Positions 47,079 to 60,110 of a stretch of 64,000 nucleotides of DNA are shown piece after piece. The stretch's first letter is position 1. Each line of letters opens with the position of its first letter. Location of the stretch: the NCBI GenBank assembly GCA_900617105.1, contig UYFQ01000237.1:1-64000 (forward strand), in the 5' to 3' direction. The notes beneath the pieces are model-generated. The model was not told the DNA's origin and searched no databases. It saw nothing but the letters and a program-made list of their open reading frames with translations. The position numbers were made by a program, and so were the translations under genes. This DNA is from Hydrurus foetidus (taxonomy: Eukaryota).

Positions 47079-49256
47079 TTAGATGAGAGTGACCGAACCG
47101 CTGTAGAGGTGACGCAATTTGGAGAATATTCCTAAGAATTGTTCCTCACGGAATGTTGTCAGTGCGTCAGCAAACAGTCGTTTCCTCTTTCTCCCCGCTT
47201 CACTCTGTTCCTTCTCAGATACGGACAAAGCGTACTTATCGAAACGTAAGCTGCTGAGTGTAGTGTACATTAAGCGCAGACATGCAGACATTCTGTTCAT
47301 TGATGTGTCGGTACTGTGTTGTGTTAGAGTGGAGAGACACCTAGTGAGCAGCACTGATGCACCTTTCAATGCTATCCCTGTCACCGCTGAGTCGCCTATG
47401 GTGCGGTGCACATCAGGTTGTACAGCTCCTGCCCTCTCCATCACCTCCATGACATTCCTGATCAACTCTATGACGCAATGAGGAATGAGAATTATAATAT
47501 GGTATTGGGTCAAATAGGTATAAGTAGAATTGATGTACTCAATACAACAGACATCAGTCATGATGCAGTAACCATGACTGACTTCATAGCTGTCAAGTAT
47601 CACTAGGCTATGACGCTGCTACTATGTCAAAAGCCAAAAGGAATAGACGTACGTACCTACTGCCAGTGCACAGTCATCTTGTGAGACCTTCGTACCAATA
47701 ATATCACGCAGTGCTCCCACTGCTATACGCACCTTATCGTGATACTCACTGACCCACATACTCTCGGCAACCTCTTGCACTTCGTTGGACGAATTTTCAC
47801 CGAAAGTGACTCGTGAAGAGGTAGAAGTAGAATTACTAGATGGAGGACCGGCGCGAGAGTTGTTCTGATTCTGATTCTGATTCCTAACGTCGATCTGATT
47901 TTGTATCCGGTTATTAATTCGCATATTATTTTGAATTTTTATATCGTTTTGAGTTTGAGCTTGATTTTGATTTTGAATACTGTTCTGGTTGTAATACGAT
48001 GCATCTGTGGGATTATTGTTCTGATTTTGATTTTGAATATTGTTCTGATTTTGATTTTGAATATTGTTCTGATTTTGATTTTGAATATTGTTCTGATTTT
48101 GATTTTGAATATTGTTCTGATTTTGATTTTGAATATTGTTCTGATTTTGATTTTGAATATTGATCTGTGCATGCAATGAGCCACCTCGACTGGTGTATGA
48201 ATTATTCGAAGAGGCGTGATGACCACCGTGTTGATTATAAGACTGATTGTTCGCACTAGTGTTCTGATTGAATGATTGACCTACGTGACCACCTCCCATA
48301 TTCTGATCGTACGATGGGCCAACATATGGTTGGCCACCCTGCAAGATATTCCGAGTTTGCGATTTAATTTCAGACATGCCGTTCGGGTGGTAAGATTGAC
48401 CAGTGTGGACATTAGTCTGAGCGTAAGACTGCCCATTGTGTGCAATGTTCTGCTGATGAGGTTGACCGTTATGTACAATGTTCTGCTGATGAAGTTGACC
48501 GTTATGTGCAATGTTCTGACTGTGAGGTTGACCAGAATGAATGATGTGTTCATTGTACGACCGCCCAACGGTGACATTGTTGTTATATGACTGGCCGGTA
48601 CTAGCGCTATTCCTATTGTATGCCTGGTTTGTAGAGGCATCGTTCTGAATCCTAGGAGGAGCAGCGGTAGGAACGTACTGATTGTACTGTGGGCCGCTAG
48701 CAGGACGATTCGACACTGGGCGCACTCGTGATTGTGCATCGTTGGATGGAGCAGCACCTTGCTCGTTTAATTTGTTCTGATTAGCCACTTCGACAGCATC
48801 TCTTTTTGCACTGAACACTGCATGTATGTCGCGAAGTAGCCGGCTCTGGCTTTCGTTCAAGCAACTGGTGTTCGCCGAATGCTTCACAATGTTCAGAGCA
48901 TTAGTCAAGCTTCCCACCAGCGTATTTTGAGATCCACGAGTTGCTAGTTTGACAAGTAATTGCTGTAATTTGTCCAGGTTTGCTCGAAACCATACCAATA
49001 TATCCGCGTCCTTCGATCCCGAGGATGAGGGCATTGTCTGCGATGGCGTCGGAGTTTGTTCCAGTTTCCTAGATAGTCGTCTCCAAAATGCGTCCCTGTT
49101 TTCGCTTTTCATTGCTACTCTCTCAAGAAACTTCATCATATGTTCGTTGTTGTCAACATAATTCTTATCAATTGATACTGTCTTCCTGAACACGCGTTGA
49201 GATATCAGCAACAGCTCAGCCTTTGTTAGAGTGCTCACATCAAAATAGGTTGACAT
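47079..49256 (-). CDS. hypothetical protein with helical termini and a central Q/N-rich low-complexity region; 2 exons
   Basis: 544-aa ORF spliced (~47657 to ~47468) to the 47079 ORF; (QNQNQNNI)n and (QNIxHNGQxH)n repeats. Confidence 0.75.
48016..48162 (-). repeat. coding 24-bp tandem repeat (IQNQNQNN) x6
   Basis: Near-perfect copies directly visible. Confidence 0.92.
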
Positions 49257-49629
49257 CGCTACTCTTGTTGAAACCTGGAAATTATCGTAAGTTTATTGTG
49301 CTACCATGTTACCATGCTTCGGCCATTCCAGCTCGAGCTGTGTGCGTTCTGAGTTTTGGGTTGTGAATGACTTCATCAAGCAAAGGGGCTTTGTTATTGG
49401 TGACAACGTTTATTCCCAGAAACCCAGACTCCCAGATTTAGGATTTGAAAATCTGGGATTTGTCAACACAAATACGTTTTCTATTTTATTTTGCACACCT
49501 TTTTTCTTTTTTGTACTGCCCGATTTGAATTTTTGAATTTTCCTTCAAATCTTGAATCTTGAGTCTAAATTGCGGTACTCTACTGCACAGTACTGTAGGT
49601 AAATATCGAAATGTTGTCGAAGCTATCAA

Positions 49630-51243
49630 ATGACAATACTACTTGTAGGAACTAATGAGAAACATGCGAAATGTTTGACCTGGAGAGGAATGCTTGGGAT
49701 CGACTACACAGTGCTCTCAGTGCATTTACCTTCATCTGAAACTGAAAATTTATGTTCCGTTGCTATCGAATTCAGAGATTTGCAGGCTGCCTATATTTCA
49801 ATCAACAGAAAAAAAAATTCTCCGGCATCCCCTGCCTCACTTAGCCCTTCATTATCAGACTCTAGAAGCTTCCCAGGTGGAACATTTGCAATCGTTGAGA
49901 GGAATCAGCAATTTCTTGAGGATGTTGTAAACTCCACCGTATCTATTTCAGCGACGGTACTGGCGAATGGAGATCGGTCGGCACTTTTTTCATATGCATG
50001 CGGCGCGAATGAAAGTGTATCACAAGATAGAGGTATTGTAGAGTCTTACATGAATGGGAATCATGAGGGCCTATCGGGATCGGAGGATGATCCAAACTTT
50101 CTGCAGAAACTGAGTGTTTTTGGGGAAGCCTCAATAATGGCTTACTTTCAATCAGTGACGATTGATCTGATTCATTCTATCGGCGTCAGCTCTATCGCGG
50201 GATCTGTCACTATCTCAATTGCAATCATAGACTTATCAAAAGTGAGGAAAGCAAAGATTACTGAATCTACCGAAAGTGCAATAAAAGACCTACCGAGGAA
50301 CGTTGCGGAGAAACCAGCAGAGATTGCCTTCGACATGGATGGATTTCTAAACCAATTACCGCATCAACGAGATATCGCTAAGAAAAGTGCAGAATCTACG
50401 AGAATAAAATCAAATCAAGAAGAGGGTTCATCGACAGAAGGGCCTGACGAACATTCCGACTCCGACTGTGACTCTGACAGCGGTTCAAGCGTATCAATTC
50501 ACAGCTTTCTCGCTAGAGTTAGTGGCAGAAACGCGCTAATTGTGGAGCCGACAGAGCTGGCAGCTATCGAATTGAGCGACAGTAAAGACGTATTCCCAAG
50601 CATTCCTAAAGACACACCATCATTTCGTTACCCGGTTATTGAGAAGGAGAAACCAAATGTGAGAACAATCCCTCAGGGGATGAGAAGGACTCCTGCTATT
50701 GTGGGGTACGCACTGGGCCGCCCCCCTCCTTCTGCTCAGACACAGAGTGGGGTGAGAGTGCAAGGATACGCGACTGTAAAGAAGGTAGTCACAGGAGGTG
50801 CGACTATGAATAAGGTAGTGCGAGGAGGTGCGACTGTAAAGAAGGTAGTGCGAGGAGGTGCGACTGTAAAGAAGGTAGTGAAGGAGTGGGACTCCGCTCC
50901 TATGACGCGACAAGACTATTCCAAGAAAGGGCCTCTCCAGTCAAGTGGAAATCAGAAAATATCGAGCAAGGCAAAGAACAGTCAGAAGGAAGCCATCATG
51001 GCGAGTATTGCTTCAAAAGCCAACTCTACCGATACCTCTATTTCTACCTCTCCCACTACCTCTCCCTCTACCACTACCTCTTCCCGATGTGATTCGATTG
51101 ACAGAAAGTTGTTGTTTTCATCTTACCAAAATATTCAAGTTTCTACCTTCAAGATTTTGAGAGGTGCCGAGATTGATATCGATAAGAGAGAGAGCAAAAT
51201 CCCGTCACAGAAGATGAGTATCAACACTGGTACCGTTAGTTAG
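49630..51243 (+). CDS. hypothetical protein, single exon; possible degenerate PP2C-like N-terminal domain; contains a 30-bp repeat (GATVKKVVRG) x4
   Basis: 537-aa ORF; repeat at ~50762-50882. Confidence 0.7.
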   Translation: MTILLVGTNEKHAKCLTWRGMLGIDYTVLSVHLPSSETENLCSVAIEFRDLQAAYISINRKKNSPASPASLSPSLSDSRSFPGGTFAIVERNQQFLEDVVNSTVSISATVLANGDRSALFSYACGANESVSQDRGIVESYMNGNHEGLSGSEDDPNFLQKLSVFGEASIMAYFQSVTIDLIHSIGVSSIAGSVTISIAIIDLSKVRKAKITESTESAIKDLPRNVAEKPAEIAFDMDGFLNQLPHQRDIAKKSAESTRIKSNQEEGSSTEGPDEHSDSDCDSDSGSSVSIHSFLARVSGRNALIVEPTELAAIELSDSKDVFPSIPKDTPSFRYPVIEKEKPNVRTIPQGMRRTPAIVGYALGRPPPSAQTQSGVRVQGYATVKKVVTGGATMNKVVRGGATVKKVVRGGATVKKVVKEWDSAPMTRQDYSKKGPLQSSGNQKISSKAKNSQKEAIMASIASKANSTDTSISTSPTTSPSTTTSSRCDSIDRKLLFSSYQNIQVSTFKILRGAEIDIDKRESKIPSQKMSINTGTVS

Positions 51244-52173
51244 GAAATAGGAGGACATAGAAAAGAAGATCTTGCTCACATTAGAGACGCAGACGCAGAG
51301 ATTTCGATAATGGCGTTGCCAGAGGTGATAGAGTCAGAAGCGGCACCGCACCCGTATGACATGAGTTGCTTATCTAACACGAGCTGACGTGCTGTGCTAT
51401 ACCTGATTTGAATTGTCTCGAGCACGAACAATAACTTTACATGATATTTAAAGCACTTTTTATGAAGAGACAATTCGCTTTTTCGCTGATGACGATGAAT
51501 TATCAACATCGACAAACATGGATGGCAATACAGAGCAGTACAACACAAAAAAAATTAGTTGTACTGCATTTCAAGCGAGGCTGCTGAGTCATGAGACCAT
51601 CGGTGCAGTTGGCCACGACGGGGAGCCCAGTGTCTCTTCCTTCTGAAATACTGAGTACCATGTCTAGAGTTTATGCAGCACAGAGTGATTCAGAGGATCA
51701 AAAGTAGCTAAAAGTTAATGTGAAAGATGAGTTACGGAGGTCTCGCGATCGACTTTCGACCCTGTTGGGAGTTGGGACCCCGGGGGGACGGGGACCGGGG
51801 ACCAGAGATTCAAAACCAAACTCACTCCTCTCAGAGCGCCAACTCGAACTCCAACTCAACTCAACTGTCACTTTGCTTGTCGCCTCACGATTCTCCAGCT
51901 GTCGCCTACAAGTATCTGGACATGCGCTCTTCTGCGGTGGCAGCTCGAGCTTGTCCCATCTGATCTAATCTCTCTTATTAAAACTGCAATTTGTGGTTTC
52001 CACTTGCAGTTGCCGAGCTTCGTCGTCGTTACTGTATACTGTATTTGCAGTTCGTCGACCATCGTGTACAAACTTCGGATGAAGTTTCCTTTGTAATACA
52101 TTGCCGTTACAACGGGAAAAACTCAGAATTGGATATATCTGGTCAAAAGATCGTCACAGCACCTAGACGCAGC

Positions 52174-55100
52174 ATGGCGAAGTCTCGGAGAGACAAGTTC
52201 GAGGACCAACTCAGAGCTTTACAAACAGACATCAATGATCTCTCTCACAAGCTATCGATACCGGCGACATACACCTCAAATGCTTACTCGTCTTCTCTGT
52301 CGTCCACACCTCAACAGAAAACAATAGTTTCAAAAGGAGGTAATCAACTCTGTGAATTGCTAACTGCTACATAGTTTGAAAACCCATCCGTATAATTTGA
52401 GGAGCAAGATATTGTACGACGCATCTCTATGTGCTTGGAATCAGCCAGTTCACAACACACTAATCACACAATTTTGACATCATCAGAAGCATCAACGAGC
52501 GTAAAAACAGGTTCTTCGAAGGTCGTCAACAGAACCACCGCAACCTTGAGCAGCAGCGGTTTGACCAGTGTCAGAACTCTTCAATCTGCAAGTGCAGCCA
52601 ACTATCAGCCCACCAGAAGTAGTAGAGTTGAGATATCAAACAATAGGGACATCAATCTGTATGAGGAAGGTACACTGGATGGTTTGACAAATGGATACAG
52701 GGATCAGCCTTATGCGAATGAAAGCTCCAATCACACTGATCATCGAGAAGACAGCTTGAGCGAAACCTACTCACTCATAAGAGAACGGAACAATTTGCTC
52801 AATCGATTGGAACAGGTGCATATAAAGTGTTCACGATTATGGATTATAATGACATCCACTACTCTAACGATTTTACAACACAATGAGAGTAGCTGTGCAA
52901 TTTATTTTATCACTTTGAGTAGAATTCATTATGCAGCCTATACAACAATTCTCATTGCAAGAAAGAGGAATCATCATGATTGGAAAGTTAATAATCTTTT
53001 GAGGACAAAGAGGAGGGCAATACTCTTTTGGAGGGCAGTACTGTAACGAATCTTTTATCGTAACTTTTCCGCAGTCTCAAAATACAATTGAAGAATTAAG
53101 AAGGGCAGTAACTGAGAGCAGAGAGCTACAAGTAACGTACGACCGACTAGTTCAGGTACTTACGCACATTCTGGATCATAACTTTATGTCAGCTATGACA
53201 TTTCTTACATGATAATATAATGTATTGTGTACTGTGTCAATGCATATATGTGATAATGTATTGTGTCAATATTGCATATATGTGATAATGTATTGTGTCA
53301 ATATTGCATGTATGTGATAATGTACTGTGTCAATGCATGTATGTGATAATGAGTTACATTGCGTGCACTGATGTTATAGCTCAGTGCTGCACAGCATAGC
53401 ATAGCTTCCTGATGTAAGCTATGCTTCTCTTCTTTCTGAGTAATCCGATATTTGACTTCAAATAGAAGTACGAATCATCTCCTACTTATCAAATAGGAGA
53501 TACTCCTTCTGAGATTTATGAAATGTACTAGTGTTTGTTGTCTACGTAATGCCATGTGATAAGGTGCAATTCTGTGATTCTCAAATCTGACCCCTTGTAT
53601 CTATGCATGGGCTAATTTGCTTATGCCTCCCCCAGTGTCTCTGTCGTTGATCGTGTGTGCCTGCTACTCTAACACTACCATCCCATATTTCCCTCTCTGT
53701 CCCTCCTTCACTCCCTCCCTCTCCTTCCTTCTCCTACCCTGTCCATACTGACCTAACCCATCTCAATACGTACGTTCGCACCAATGCACCAGGATCACGA
53801 ATTGGTTCAAGTGTCCCTAGAGTCTTCGGAAAGAATTCGAAAGCAACAAAAAGAACTAATAACTCTGCTGCAGCGGTCCGGTGGGGGTGGGGGGGTGGGG
53901 GGCATAGTGGCCGGAACGGGGGCGGGGGGCGGGACACTGGATCTGCTAGGAGCTTCTTTTTCGAATTCCACTGTGAGCACTGCTGCCGAGAACAGAGATT
54001 GGTGCGTACGTGTTAGCATTACTATCAGTATTACTTTTATCACTATCACTACTGTTACTATTATTGTTGTTATTGTTATTATCACTTTGTTCCTGTTTAG
54101 CGATGTCTTTATTCTTCATCACAGTTACGGATGCAATTTTATCATTTCTACTTCGAGTTCCGAGCGAGTGAAACATAAGATTGCAGCCAGGCACTGAACA
54201 TCACCAGAGTGTTTTTGCAGACACGGCTTCGTAAGCTTTTTGCACCACTTCTTGTCTTCTGTGCACTCTAATTCAAATACATATTCACCGTTACTGCACG
54301 CTGCTCGATCCGCGTGGTGCGAAAAGTGTGAGAAATAGAAAATCGGGTTTGCAAAAACACTCTATTGTCTATTGGTGTACTGTCATTCGGTGTTACGTCA
54401 TTGGCAACATTTCTAGTCCCCATTAATAATGCCACTAAATAGCTCATTAATTAATCAGTAAAAATAGCAATATCTGAAAATATTTTGCATGAGATTAGGT
54501 ATGAATGCATTTGATATTATTGTATTTGATTTTGACACTTTTTTTCACTGCATGTACGCAGGCTTAACGCATCTGGCAACCAAAACAACAACGGATGGAA
54601 TGAATACGGAGAGAGTTACGGATCTCAATCATTTTCAAATATTAATTCATTTGATGAAAATATTTCAGAAAAAAATCAAAAATTAAAGGTCATGAGTTCG
54701 AAGAAAAAAAATCGAACAACAAAACAAAAAAATTCTAATTCTAATACAGTTGTATCGAATAATAGCAACAATGCTAATGGAGGGATAAACACAAGTTACA
54801 ATAGCCGGGCAAGTTATTTAAATCACACCCGCAGCAGCAGCAGCAGTGCTGGAAGAGGGAAAAATAGTGCCATTAACAGCAATAACAACAACAACAGCCC
54901 AATCAACAATATCAGCAGAGATAGAGACAGCAACAGCAATAACAACAACTATAGCAACAGCAGCAATGATAATAATAACAGTAAGAGCAGCAGTAGCAGT
55001 AGCAGGCTTTCGACTGCACCTCATCGCACTACACCCCGGTCACTCACCCAGACCCAGTCCTTTGGTCAGAGTGATTCGACGCACTCAGAGAGAAAACACT

Positions 55101-56056
55101 CCCCATCACTGTCCCACGTACTGCAATTAGCAAGAAACGGCCATGGAAATAAAAATGAGAATGGGAACGGTAATATAATGAGATCTGGTGAGGATTACAT
55201 CGGACTCAAAGATGGTCATAACCATCAGCACACACACAGGCATCAGGGCGATATTGGTTCTAGTGTCTACGATGAGAGGCACTCTATCTCATCCAAGGGG
55301 AGCGGAGGCAGCCATGACTCACACATATCTGCACGCACATCACCTCAAGCTCCCCTCTCTCCCTCCTTGCACTCCATACCGAATTACAGCAGATATGACG
55401 AGCAGCTGAGAAAGAGTCTAGATCGCCTGGGGATAGAAAGCTACTCTGATACATCAAATCAACATCAAGGGCAACACCAACTTCAACTTCAACATCAACG
55501 TGCGGTCCAGGTGTCTCCTAGTCGAAGGCGTTCTGGGGATGGGGACCACACTATGTCCTTCCCCCTTCCCCTCCCTTTGGACAGGGACAGTGGGTCACCG
55601 ATTCGACCCCGATCCGCCCCCTCTTCAGCGAGTGCATCACCGCAGTCGATGAGGTCTGGAAGACTGAGTGTTGGAGATAGGAGAGGCCCTGTAGGTGCAG
55701 GTGTGGGTGTAGAGGGTGATGAGGATGGGAGAAGTGGTATAGCTATGGTGAGGAATGGAGGGGGTGGAAGATACTCTGCGGTCAGAAGCAACTCAACCGG
55801 TCGCATGAACAGCAGCAGCGGCAGAATGGACAGCATGGCAGATCAGACATTCGATTCCCACCCCCCTCTTCCACCCCAAAGGACATCAGGACGCCCCCCC
55901 ATTCCCGTCCCCACCCGCGCACATCTACCCCCTCCTCCCCCTCCTCCCTATCACTCAGACCCCAGGGCATCCCCCCATTCTGCCCCGAGGGATTTAGGGG
56001 GTCGTCCCCTCCCTTTGTTTTCTTCTTTGCTCGGACCGTCTTACTCCAGAATGTAA
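52174..56056 (+). CDS. hypothetical coiled-coil, Ser/Asn/Pro-rich protein; 5 exons
   Basis: Exons splice to give ERNNLLNRLEQ-SQNTIEELRRAV..LVQ-DHELVQVSLESSERIRKQQKELITLLQR, then the 454-aa low-complexity last exon. Confidence 0.75.
53205..53350 (+). repeat. intronic minisatellite, ~30-33 bp unit (TGATAATGTATTGTGTCAAT..GCATATATG), about 4 copies
   Basis: Directly visible near the 5' end of the intron. Confidence 0.8.
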
Positions 56057-57221
56057 AATGTAAATCCAGTTTTTGGAATCAAAGTTCTAGGTCTGGGATG
56101 TAAAACCGATACCCACTTCTTTGATTGGATTTGATTTGTTGTGTTGCACTTTGCTCTAGTGAGATTAGGGATAGCATGGTGTACATCTGTGATGTCACCT
56201 CATCTCACTTCACCTCTCTGCACTCCACCTCACCTCACCTCACCTCTCTGGAAAATGTCCACCGCACTGTAAGGGTAGATATAAACAATGGTGCGGGAGT
56301 CGTCCAAATCAAAACTAACAGTTAGCAATTAGAGAGCACCCTAGCTGCCATCGCTAGCCGTCATCTCATCTCGTCTATTCTCATCTGTTCTCTCCTCTCC
56401 AGTCTCCATCACACCTCACTTTACCTCTCCTACGCATCACTTCTACTGTAGAGATATTCGTGAGTCAGTTGTACCGTACGTACCGCACAGTACGGTATAT
56501 CACAGCAGCTGTCGCCTTATGTCGCTGCCTGACTGGAGGACTAAGATCTATGATAGAAGTAGTGCGCTATTAACAAGATTACACAGTTGCGATGTGACTT
56601 TTCAAGATCTTCCTATCTCATCGTTTCCATTTTCCCTACCCAGGAGACGCCTGGAACCTGCTGATTTTCTTTTCTCTTCTCTTACATGATTTGATTGTTG
56701 TATGTACAGTACATCTATCGTGGCGTTCAGTACAGGTATATGTTTAGCACCCAACTCCGTTTTATGTTCTTCGTGCTTAGGACCACCACAACTTTAGTAG
56801 ATGTGTCTATTTGTATTCACTGAACAATGATTGCTCTCCAATGCTGATGTAATAAGCTACTTTGAATCACAGATGTGATCATCTCCATCTTTTTGTTTTC
56901 CTTCTCGAACCCTACGTCTACTTTTTTTCTACAAGTATTCTTCGCCGGACCAACTCTCCATTCAATAATCAGCGGTATTGCAAATATCACGCATCTTCTC
57001 CTGCGAATACCAGAAATAGCGACACAGAAGGACAACTGACAGAACTCTTGAGAGGTAGATGATCTCATTGTCGTTACATCAATTAATGCCACACCGATTA
57101 TGAGGACATTGTTGACCAAAGTTCAAAGCTGGTATGAAGCCTACAGCCGAAGAGCGGGTAGGGAGACGAGTGAACAAATCAGGCAGCCTGTCACTCTTCT
57201 GCGTTGTCATTGAAAGCAACC

Positions 57222-60110
57222 ATGAAGACCACGGCCCTCTCAGCTCGAGCTCTTGATGGAGATGATCTATTCGATGAACACCTCGAACAGCAGTGGAAAT
57301 GTATGGAACTTCGAGGATACAGTAGGGAACAGATTCATCAAGCGAAGGTGCGGAAAAGGGAAAAAGAGAACGTGAGAATCTACGGAGACATTGTGAAACA
57401 ACATGCATGGGAGACAGACATATCGTGCAACAGAACAGATGTCCACCTCAAGTATGCTCGAGCCCTTGATGCTGTCGGTCGTCGATCAGATGCGATTGAG
57501 ATGCTACAGGAAGCTACAGAAGACGATCATCCGTTTGATTCCCGAATATTCATGGCTGTTGCAAAGCTTCTATTCAGGGATGACCAGAAATACTTATCGC
57601 TGCAGTATTGCGGAAGGATCATTGAGAGACATAAATCGATGCCTTTTGCCGAATCGCTTGAGCCGGAATCGCACATCTCGCAAGATGATATCGTAAAAGC
57701 GTACTATCTTGCGGGATGGATAAATATCCACGACGATAATCATACAAAGGCTTACAATATTTGGAGCGAGGGCCATCGCTGTATACCAGAATGTCCAGTG
57801 CTAAAAAAGCAGCACAAAAAGAGAACATGTTGGGATCAAAATCCTGCTCAACTTATTGAATGGACGCGTCAGGTAAAATACATTGCTGACCTTCTTGTTT
57901 GGGTCCAGCAGACTCTTATATGCTATGCATTGGTGACTGCTTTGCATCTTCTCAAGTAAATTTGTAAGGACACTTAGTGCTTAGTTAGGAATCGTCAGCA
58001 TATTTTGAGAATAGAGACATCATTACGCAATGTAAGAGACAAGATCATCCATGATGTGATGTGGTACTACATCAGAATATTACTATACGCCATCTCAACA
58101 AGATGCAATAATCTTACAATCACATCAATTATCAATTATCAATCATTCTGATTTCATTATTTTGATTTCTTTCCTCCAGAGCGCAGGACTGCTGACTGTC
58201 CAAACATGCGAAACAACATCCAGTGTTAATACGAATATAGATATACGGAATAAAGAGGATCCTGGACCCTTAGATTACAGAAAACTTCTCGAACACTTTG
58301 AAGTCGCGTCTAGTGCGTCAGTGCCTCCTCTGTCTCTGTTCTGCTCGGATACTCAGCAGAGACGATTGGTGTTCCGATCTAAAGAACCGTTGATGAGTCC
58401 TGAAGAATGTTCCGCTGTTCTTAAGATAGTAGATGAGTACCACACGAACAACCTCAGCGGTGTGTGGGGCACGGTGAGGCAGAGTAGTGTGAAGACCACT
58501 GATGTGGCTGTTGAAGATATCTTGCCCCTGAGGGCATGGCTCTTGGCCCTGATGCATTCCAAGCTCTTTCCCCTCCTCGCACTGGCATTCCCCAGACTAG
58601 CTGACTCCTCAAACCTTCTCAATCCAGATGGCACTTCAAGACTCAGAGTGCATGATGCGTTCATCGTACGTTACGATGCCGTACGGGATAAGTCCCTTTC
58701 ACTCCCTGAGCATTGTGACACGTCTTCTATGTCGGTGATATTCGCATTGAATGAAGAAGACAAGGGGAATGAGGAAGGTGAGTTGCTGTGTCAGATGACT
58801 AATGAATGTCGTTTGACTGACTCAATTGCCTTTGCAACAGTTAGTATCGATCTCAATTGTAAAATGAGACAAAGTAATGAAAAATAGTGAATTCGCAGAC
58901 TAAATATATCAGAATTGACTCGACATGTGTTGAGTATCGTTGGCGTGTATTTGTTATGGGACGTGATAAAAGACGATGCGATAGATCGCAACTCGTTGTA
59001 CTTCTGTCAGAAAGCAACGCAGTGAAGTCCACATTTGCAAATGATGATATCTGTGTCAGGTAGATATACAGTATACGATAACGACATGAAAGAAAAAAAT
59101 CACAACTATCTTCTCATCATCACATACTCAACACCCACACTAACACTTACACTAACATCGACACTACTAACACTAACATCGACACTACTAACACTAACAT
59201 CGACACTACTAACACTAACATCGACACTACTAACATCGACACTACTAACATCGACACTACTAACAGTAACATCGACACTACTAACACTAACATCGACACT
59301 ACTAACACTAACAGTAACATCGACACTACTAACAGTAACATCGACACTACTAACACTAACATCGACACTACTAACACTAACAGTAACATCGACACTACTA
59401 ACACTAACAGTAACATCGACACTACTAACAGTAACATCGACACTACTAACACTAACAGTAACATCGACACTACTAACACTAACAGTAACATCGACACTAC
59501 TAACACTAACATCGACACTACTAACACTAACAGTAACATCGACACTACTAACACCAACAGTATTACTCACATCGATAATGCTATCACTGACACTAACATT
59601 TATGATACTAACACTAACAGTAACATCGATAATACTAATACTAACACTAAAGCAAACATTTCAGGTCAGTGTAAAGAAGGAATGTACAGGGGTGGAGGTA
59701 CCTGGTTTGAAGCACTAGGCCTTAAAGGCTCAGGGAAAGTAATCAACGCCGACATAGGGCAGGCAGTCATGTTTGCTGGACCTTTGAAACACGCTGGATT
59801 TCCTATCTCGAGAGGAGTTAGGAACATTCTTGTGTTGTTTTTGTATGTGGAGAATTTTCATTATGGTCCGTACTTACGCACGTACAGTGGACCAGATCCT
59901 GGACCTGATTCCACTCTTGAAATAGCGCACTCAGAAAATGGCGTGCGATACAGTGATGGAGAGAATTGCGCTGAAGAAATAGAAGACAAGCGATCCTCTG
60001 GGGCTGAGAAAGGAGGGTATGTGGTGTACAGACAAACAGTCGACCTCGTGAGCATGCTGGAAGATTCCTTAGAAGATTCCGCGGAAGATTCTGTAGGAGA
60101 TTCTCAATAA
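57222..60110 (+). CDS. TPR-like repeats plus 2OG-Fe(II) dioxygenase (prolyl/lysyl-hydroxylase-like); 3 exons
   Basis: Helical repeats (HLKYARALDAVGRRSDAIEML); DAFIVRYD, HxD in LPEHCDTS, YRGGGTWF, distal His and Arg in LKHAGFPISRGVRNILVLF. Exons 57222-57872, 58180-58777, 59665-60110 are in phase. Start codon uncertain. Confidence 0.88.
59135..59650 (+). repeat. intronic modular minisatellite (ACATCGACACTACTA plus ACACTA/ACAGTA modules)
   Basis: 18 copies of the 15-mer with variable hexamer spacers, ending ~15 nt before the acceptor at 59664. Confidence 0.95.

Noticed and set aside
56440..57150. Possible minus-strand gene upstream of the hydroxylase
   Set aside because: I could not assemble a stop-free spliced frame.
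59035..59718. TSTLL / VSSVD repeat ORFs
   Set aside because: They lie within a phase-consistent intron, and the flanking exons join into a complete 2OG-Fe(II) domain without them.
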